The notes under the pieces: model-generated
What the model was told of the DNA's origin: nothing
The model's database searches: none
Seen by the model: the letters and a program-made list of their open reading frames with translations, nothing else
Shown: one piece after another, positions 38,896 to 44,686 of the stretch
Position numbering within the stretch: position 1 is the stretch's first letter
How the letters are laid out: the number at the start of each line of letters is the position of its first letter
Assembly: GCA_038523235.1 (NCBI GenBank)
Contig: JBCBJQ010000042.1
Location: 1 to 44,686 of the forward strand
DNA length: 44,686 nucleotides
DNA from: Cyanobacteria bacterium J06626_4
GTDB lineage: Bacteria; Cyanobacteriota; Cyanobacteriia; Phormidesmidales; Phormidesmidaceae
Direction of reading: 5' to 3'
Translations under genes and position numbers: made by a program

Positions 38896-39063
38896 TAGAC
38901 CTCTTTCGCCAATGCTGAACGCCCCCTAATACCATTTCTGCAAAATAGCGCTACAGATCGGCGATCCCCCGCTGTCGCTGCCCCCTTATCGAAGGGAGCT
39001 ACACATTTTTTGGGATGTGTAGTCTAAATTCAGCGACTTGGTATTATTCGTGCAAGAGGTCTA
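38896..39063. mobile_element. Miniature non-autonomous element with IS5-type termini, carrying an inner inverted-repeat element
   Basis: Begins TAGACCTCTT and ends TGCAAGAGGTCTA, matching the TIRs of the IS at 28281-29237. Inner segment 38927-39046 is bounded by TAATACCA/TGGTATTA. Confidence 0.72.
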
Positions 39064-39111
39064 ATCAAGTAACCGAACCTGGCTGTGGATGGGGAAAAGG
39101 GATGGCGGCCT

Positions 39112-39191
39112 GCAGAAGTCGGCAGTTGGAATCAAACAGCCGATCATCAGATGATGATTTCAGTCATCTGGAGTGACCTGGTCAAACTGCG
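39112..39191. repeat. Dispersed repeat, copy 2
   Basis: GCAGAAGTCGGCAGTTGGAA...TTTCAGTCATCTGGAGTGACCTGGTCAAACTGCG; same orientation as 33282-33351. Confidence 0.85.
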
Positions 39192-39231
39192 CTGAGGAAA
39201 AATCCTGCCCCTGACCCTGCACAATATTCCA

Positions 39232-41760
39232 TTACGTTAAAATTGCGCCGCCCATCAGCTTTTCATAGCGGCGTTGGAGTTCTTGGCGCAAGACCGGAAA
39301 TTTTGACAGCGTCGGCTCTTCGTTGATCAATGTCTCAGCCGCCTGCCGGGCGATCGCCAGGGCATCTTGATCGGCGACCAAACTAGCCAGGGCAAAGTCT
39401 GGTAGGCCTGACTGGCGTGTCCCCAGCACTTGTCCTGGCCCGCGAAAGCGCATGTCCATTTCGGAGATAAAGAAGCCGTCTTGCGACTCTTCGAGCACCT
39501 TGAGCCGCTGCAGCGCGACATCGTTGCGGGTGCTGCTCATCAGCAAACAAAAGGACTGGGCCGCCCCCCGACCCACGCGCCCCCGCAGCTGGTGCAGTTG
39601 CGATAGCCCAAAGCGCTCGGCATGTTCGATTAGCATCACGGTGGCGTTGGGCACGTCTACGCCTACTTCAACCACAGTCGTCGAGACCAGCATCTGGCTA
39701 TGACCGTCTCGGAACTGACTAATGGCGGCGTCTTTTTCGGCAGCACTCATGCGGCCGTGTAGCAAGCCCACTTTGAATTCAGGAAACACCTCTTCCTGCA
39801 GTCGCTGATGTTCATCGATCGCTGAGCGCAAATCCAGCTTTTCCGACTCTTCTACCAGGGGCAGCACAACATAGATTTGCCGACCCTGGGCGATCTCCCG
39901 CCGCATCAGGTCATAGGCATGGGTGCGATCGCGGCCCTTCAGCAAGGTGGTTTGAATGGCTTTACGACCCGGCGGCAGCTCATCAATTTGGCTAACTTCC
40001 AAATCGCCATGCAGCGTCAGTGCCAACGTGCGGGGAATCGGCGTCGCCGTCAGCGTCAGCACGTGGGGATTATCGCCTTTGCGCTGCAGTCGTGCTCGTT
40101 GCTGCACTCCAAACCGATGCTGCTCATCAATCGCGACTAGGCCCAAGCGCTGAAACTGCACGGGGTCTTCGATCAGCGCGTGGGTGCCCACCAGCAGCGG
40201 CAGTTGTCCCGTCACTAGATCTGACAGGGTTTGTCGCCGCTTGGCTGCCCGAGTCGACCCCGTGAGCAACTCCACCGGCAGACTGAGCGCGTTAAACCAG
40301 CCCACCAGCTTACGATAGTGCTGCTCGGCCAGCACCTCGGTCGGGGCCATCAGCGCCCCCTGATACCCGGCTTGAATCGCCGCTAAAATCGCCACCACCG
40401 CCACCACCGTTTTGCCCGAACCGACATCGCCCTGCACCAACCGGTTCATCGGCGTCGGCTGCTGAAGGTCAGTCAAAATTTCGTTCACGACCCGCTGCTG
40501 CGCGCCGGTAAAGGCAAACGGCAGGTTGTCATAAAACTGGTCAATCAGCGCTCCTGTCGGCGCTAAAATCACCGAGGTCGCCTGCTGTCGGCGCGTTTGG
40601 CGGCGTTGCAACAGTCCCAATTGCAGGTAGAAAAATTCGTCAAACACCAGGCGACGGCGGGCTTGCTGCAGCGTTTTATCATCTTTGGGAAAGTGGATAT
40701 GGGCGATCGCCACCGGCAACTCAACCAGGCCAAATTCTTGACGAATGGCGGCGGGCAGCGGATCTTGCAGGGCGATCGCCGTCGGCAACGCCGCCACTAT
40801 TGCCCGCCGCACCAGAGCTGCTCCCACCCCTTCTGTCAGGGGATACACCGGCACGATACGACCCACCGTGAGCGATTCGGCTTCACCATCTGGCCCATCG
40901 AGCACCTCCAAATCGGGACTGTCGAGGGTGATGCCATACTTATTTTTTTTCACCATTCCTGAAGCCGCGACGACGGCCCCGACCGGATACTGTCGCTTCT
41001 GGCTCTGCTGCCAACCCATATTGCGAAAGCGCTTGCCCGGCCAAAACTTGGTCAGACGAATCTGACCCGTCGCATCCGTCAGCACCAGCTCTTGAATCGT
41101 CAGATTCGGATTTCTCGGACTGCTAAAACAGCCTGATCGTTTCACCGTGCCCACGAGCGTCACCGTTTCTCCCGGCTGTAGCTCACGAATGGGCACCTGT
41201 TGCGCGTAGTTGATGTAGTCACGGGGGTAATAATGCAGCAGATCTAGTGCCGTCAACAAACCGAGCTTCGCCAGCCGTTCCGCATTCTTGGGGCCGACGC
41301 CTTTGAGATAGGTGACGGGCTGCTCAGGGGGCGAGACTTGGCCGTTGCGTCCGGTTGGAGCTGCTGAGGCTGATGGCGTAGCTGTTGCCCGCCCGCCCGT
41401 CGTTTTCGCGCGGCCATTTTTAGCCGAGCCACTCACCTTCGCCTGTACGGCAGCGGGTTTCGCCTGCTCTAAAGATTTTTTAGTCTCGTACAGGGTTTGC
41501 CGCGTTTCGGCCACCAAATGCTGCCGCGCGGCAAAACTCATCTCGCGGTACCGGCGATAGTCTGCCGCCAGCGATCGCCACTGCCCCTGTTTATCCGCCG
41601 GCAAGGGAGCGGGCGGCGCCGACAGTTCCCCCTGCAAAAACTCGCTAAAGCGCTGCTGGTGTCCTTCTAAGTCGTTGAAGCCGCGATCGGCTTCGACCAT
41701 CAGCGCCTTTTGCAGGCGAGTCCAGTCAGGCGCGGTTGCATTGTGGAGAGTGTCGCTCAT
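39232..41760 (-). CDS. recG: ATP-dependent DNA helicase RecG
   Basis: LKGVGP wedge region, QGDVGSGKT (Walker A), DEQH, TATPIPRTL and QLHQLRGRVGRG motifs; cyanobacterial-type N-terminal extension. Confidence 0.97.
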   Translation of the reverse strand: MSDTLHNATAPDWTRLQKALMVEADRGFNDLEGHQQRFSEFLQGELSAPPAPLPADKQGQWRSLAADYRRYREMSFAARQHLVAETRQTLYETKKSLEQAKPAAVQAKVSGSAKNGRAKTTGGRATATPSASAAPTGRNGQVSPPEQPVTYLKGVGPKNAERLAKLGLLTALDLLHYYPRDYINYAQQVPIRELQPGETVTLVGTVKRSGCFSSPRNPNLTIQELVLTDATGQIRLTKFWPGKRFRNMGWQQSQKRQYPVGAVVAASGMVKKNKYGITLDSPDLEVLDGPDGEAESLTVGRIVPVYPLTEGVGAALVRRAIVAALPTAIALQDPLPAAIRQEFGLVELPVAIAHIHFPKDDKTLQQARRRLVFDEFFYLQLGLLQRRQTRRQQATSVILAPTGALIDQFYDNLPFAFTGAQQRVVNEILTDLQQPTPMNRLVQGDVGSGKTVVAVVAILAAIQAGYQGALMAPTEVLAEQHYRKLVGWFNALSLPVELLTGSTRAAKRRQTLSDLVTGQLPLLVGTHALIEDPVQFQRLGLVAIDEQHRFGVQQRARLQRKGDNPHVLTLTATPIPRTLALTLHGDLEVSQIDELPPGRKAIQTTLLKGRDRTHAYDLMRREIAQGRQIYVVLPLVEESEKLDLRSAIDEHQRLQEEVFPEFKVGLLHGRMSAAEKDAAISQFRDGHSQMLVSTTVVEVGVDVPNATVMLIEHAERFGLSQLHQLRGRVGRGAAQSFCLLMSSTRNDVALQRLKVLEESQDGFFISEMDMRFRGPGQVLGTRQSGLPDFALASLVADQDALAIARQAAETLINEEPTLSKFPVLRQELQRRYEKLMGGAILT

Positions 41761-42063
41761 ACGCCCAATCGACCAAAGCTCAGTAGCTAGCAGATTCAGA
41801 GACCACTGGAAACCCCAGATTGTTCAGGATACTAACCCGAGACTGGTTGGGGAGGGGAAGCTCCATTCTAAAACCGCTAGCCTGCCAGCAACTGTTGGCA
41901 TGTGGTTTGAGCAACGCCCGCAAACGGGATGGCAGTCTCACTAGACCTCAAGACCAAGCGGCTACCGCTGAGCGATTGCCTGCAACGATCGACAAGAAGA
42001 AGATGCTCATCCAGCCAACATCGCTGTCCAAACAATCCTGGTCTGGGTCATGGCGCAGCCATC

Positions 42064-42117
42064 GCGAACCAGACTATTAGGGCTCGTAAAGCGAACCAGA
42101 CTATTAGGGCTCGTAAA
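42064..42117. repeat. Perfect 27-bp tandem duplication
   Basis: GCGAACCAGACTATTAGGGCTCGTAAA at 42064-42090 and 42091-42117. Confidence 0.95.
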
Positions 42118-43462
42118 CTTGAGCTTCAATGCCTTGATTGTTTAACTCTTCGGTCAAAGCAGCGGCACCGGCTTCGCTACTAAACGCCCCTAATTGAATG
42201 CGGGCACCCACATCGAAATTGCGCACATAGGCATCGCCCACAACTTCACGAGCCTCATTCAAGGAGGGATCACCCGTGTAGTCTGACACCACGTAGTAGG
42301 AGGTCACCGGTGCTTGACTCTCTGCAGGCGAGGCATCAACGGCTGCAGGGGTCGATACCACTGGCGCTGGCGCTGAGGCTGGCGGCGCTGGGGCCGGTGC
42401 AGGCGCCGCCGCCGGTGCTGGATTAGTGGGGGCGATCGCCGCTGGACGCGGAGCCGGAGTAATGTTCTGTGGAATCTGATTGACCTGCTGGGGAGTGGGC
42501 GTTCCCGCTGCAGATGTCCCACTGGCAGCGGCATTACCCGCATTTGCTTGAGCGGTTCCCAAACCGTTGGCATCACCAGGGCGACCGGTGGCTAGCGGGA
42601 CAGCCTGCCCCGCTAGCGGCGAGGTATTAGATGGCAAATTACTGAGCGTGTTGAGGTCTAGGGTCGAAAACTCTCGCTGCGAGAGATCAGGGCCGAGCGC
42701 ACTCAGGGGTGGTCCCTCAGGGCTGGCGATCGCTTCTGCGTCCGCCTCTGCCGCCTCCCCATCAATTGCTTCGACCTCGTCAACCGCTGAACTGGGCAAA
42801 AGGCGGGCCAACGGGGTGTTGCCAAACAAGTTTTGAGCGGCAGAGGGGTTAACCAGCACAAACCCAAATCCGGCACTCGCTACGAGCAACAGCAACAACG
42901 CACCCAAACCAAGGGGCGTATTGATGCCTTCAAACCAGCTTTTGGACGTGGGTGAAGGCTCTGACCCCGCCGCTGGATATGAGTTGTCAAAGTTTTGCAG
43001 TAGCGCCTCAGACGACTCCAGATAATTGTCTGGCTGCGGGGCGGCTTGCCGCACGAGAGCACTTTTGAGACTGGCAACCTCCGAGACGTTACCAGTCGCG
43101 TTGCCTGGCACGGGGTCTGAGACAGGGGCGGGCGCACTGGAATTGGCGGTTTGGGCAATGCGCGGATTCGGCGGTGGAGGCGGGGCCGCCGCTGCCGTAG
43201 CAGGCAACTTTACCGGCTTAGCCGGGGTCGGTACGTTGATGAGATTGAGCGATCGCTGCCGCCGTGACTGAAACTGGGGTGGCGCGACGCCGGGCTGAGC
43301 ATCACCTCGCTTGGCATAGCGATAGCGCGCCAGCTCATAATCAAGGTTGATGTTGAGGCTAGATAGCGTGTTTCTCAGAGGGGGTTTGAGTCCTTCTAGC
43401 AAGGCACTATTAGCCAGCGGTGATTGAGAATAAGACTGCTGAGGAGCAGTTGAGGGGGTCAT
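42104..43462 (-). CDS. Single-pass membrane protein with C-terminal SPOR-like domain
   Basis: LNINLDYELARYR N-terminal motif, one TM (LGLGALLLLLVASAGFGFVLV), P/A-rich linker and C-terminal RIQLGAFSSEAGA...LNNQGI. Likely ATG at 43462. Confidence 0.8.
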   Translation of the reverse strand: MTPSTAPQQSYSQSPLANSALLEGLKPPLRNTLSSLNINLDYELARYRYAKRGDAQPGVAPPQFQSRRQRSLNLINVPTPAKPVKLPATAAAAPPPPPNPRIAQTANSSAPAPVSDPVPGNATGNVSEVASLKSALVRQAAPQPDNYLESSEALLQNFDNSYPAAGSEPSPTSKSWFEGINTPLGLGALLLLLVASAGFGFVLVNPSAAQNLFGNTPLARLLPSSAVDEVEAIDGEAAEADAEAIASPEGPPLSALGPDLSQREFSTLDLNTLSNLPSNTSPLAGQAVPLATGRPGDANGLGTAQANAGNAAASGTSAAGTPTPQQVNQIPQNITPAPRPAAIAPTNPAPAAAPAPAPAPPASAPAPVVSTPAAVDASPAESQAPVTSYYVVSDYTGDPSLNEAREVVGDAYVRNFDVGARIQLGAFSSEAGAAALTEELNNQGIEAQVYEP

Positions 43463-43935
43463 GGGGCTCGCCTCACGGAAAATACCAACAGGGTCGATGT
43501 AGACCAGCCGCAAATTGCTTTAGCCCCTGATATAGAGAGGCTTTTGCTGATAGCTGCGGTAACACGCATCTAGTTATAACAATGTCTGCGTAAAAGTGAG
43601 CATTCTTTTAAGACAAGATTTGTTTGCAGTTGGCACAATGTCGCTACATTTAGGGGGGTGTTTAAGAGAAATCACGCCACCCCTAGCGACATTCCTGCCC
43701 ACTGTCAGGCTAGAGTGTCAGGTAACGCCTAACCAGTGCTAGCCGCCGCTGGAGATTCTCAAGGCCCTGCGGCTGTTGACCGCAAGACCTGGTCATTTGG
43801 GAGTTGTGAATGTCTGACAGAGTCGGACGCGAGAGTGTTCTCAGTCAGCCCTCAAATCTGGCAACGTCCCAAGAGTGACACCGCTTTTTGCCACCCCTGT
43901 CATAATCTGGCGTTTGTAGTAATGCGCCTTTAGCG

Positions 43936-44529
43936 ATGCAGTCGATTCAAGCCTTGATGAATAATCTGGAGCGATCGCCCCAATGGCAAGCTTCCTCCGG
44001 TTTGCGACAGGTCTTGGCGATTTGGCCTCAGCTGGTTGGCGACGCCGTTGCCCAACACAGCCAGCCCACCAAGATTTATCGAGAAGTGTTGCAGGTCTCG
44101 GTATCGAGCGCGGCCTGGGCACAAACGTTGACCTTTGAGCGCACCCGCATCTGCCAAAAACTGCACCAAAAGCTGCCCTCACTGGCCACCAAGATTCGCG
44201 ATCTGCGCTTTGCCCCCGCCGAATGGCGGCGACTCACCCAGCGATCACAGCCCCTCGCCGTCAACTCTCTCGCCCATCACCCCAGTTGGGCGGCCTTAAA
44301 CTCCGACCTTTCCCCCTTACCGCCGGCAACGGCTAACGGTGCTTTTCAAAAGTGGGCTGAGCGCAAACAGGCTCAGCTCGCCAATCAGAGCCAATGCCCT
44401 TGTTGCCACAGTCCGTGTCCGAGTCAAGAGCTACAGCGATGGGGAGTTTGTGCTATTTGTCAAGCGCATCAGTGGCATAGACTACAAAGCCAAGATCGCC
44501 AAGAGACCAAGCACAAGAAAAAGATTTGA
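43936..44529 (+). CDS. DUF721/DciA-family protein with C-terminal Cys cluster
   Basis: WPQLVGDAVAQHSQP and LQVSVSSAAWAQTL DUF721 motifs; C-terminal CPCC...CAIC putative zinc ribbon. Confidence 0.85.
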   Translation: MQSIQALMNNLERSPQWQASSGLRQVLAIWPQLVGDAVAQHSQPTKIYREVLQVSVSSAAWAQTLTFERTRICQKLHQKLPSLATKIRDLRFAPAEWRRLTQRSQPLAVNSLAHHPSWAALNSDLSPLPPATANGAFQKWAERKQAQLANQSQCPCCHSPCPSQELQRWGVCAICQAHQWHRLQSQDRQETKHKKKI

Positions 44530-44686
44530 ATTTAGCCCAAAAACAGACAAACCCATCTAGAATCTATTTTATTCAGATTTATCAACATCACAAACACGAA
44601 TCAAAACTTATATTTCGATCCATTACCCCCTCTTTTCAGCATCCGCGAAGCTACTGAATTTATTCGAATTTCTTGCCTTTTAATTT

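Larger units (their letters stand above)
1..44686. repeat. HIP1 octamer (GCGATCGC) dispersed through the window
   Basis: Many copies, e.g. 262-269, 284-291, 1323-1330. HIP1 over-representation is an established cyanobacterial genome signature. Confidence 0.9.

Noticed and set aside
41929..42063. TAGACCTC at 41942 and short ORFs between recG and the SPOR gene as a possible mobile relic
   Set aside because: Only 8 bp match the IS TIR, there is no partner end, and translations show no convincing transposase or TnpB motif.
44540..44686. AT-rich window end as a possible gene terminus or island boundary
   Set aside because: It is too short and no reading frame gives recognisable protein; the adjacent window is needed.

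Overview
This is cyanobacterial chromosomal DNA, shown by frequent HIP1 octamers (GCGATCGC) and cyanobacteria-specific genes. The centre is a complete type IV pilus motility/taxis locus in the Nostoc hmp order: hmpF divergent from hmpA-hmpB-hmpC-hmpD-hmpE. Its CheA (2119 aa) carries a roughly 1150-aa acidic linker ending in LDALLDDAP repeats. Housekeeping genes include prlC, bcp, a Nudix hydrolase, fabI, trpC, lpdA, recG, a SPOR-domain gene and a DUF721/DciA-like gene. There are four accessory patches: (1) an AT-richer AraC-azoreductase-MATE cassette; (2) an AT-rich sulfotransferase-like gene and a GT4 glycosyltransferase flanking a three-element IS nest (IS630 relic, IS4 relic, intact IS5/ISL2-group element); (3) an IS1 relic next to a dispersed 70-80 bp repeat; (4) a desaturase and a CAP + 5x41-aa repeat protein followed by a nested miniature element that shares termini with the intact IS5 element. 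No rRNA, tRNA or CRISPR array was seen. I found no clearly new multi-gene system. The best leads are the CheA/MCP acidic repeat architecture, the sulfotransferase-like protein, the CAP-repeat protein, the degenerate CIA30 protein and the IS/MITE pair. All product calls come from motif recognition by eye, not database searches.
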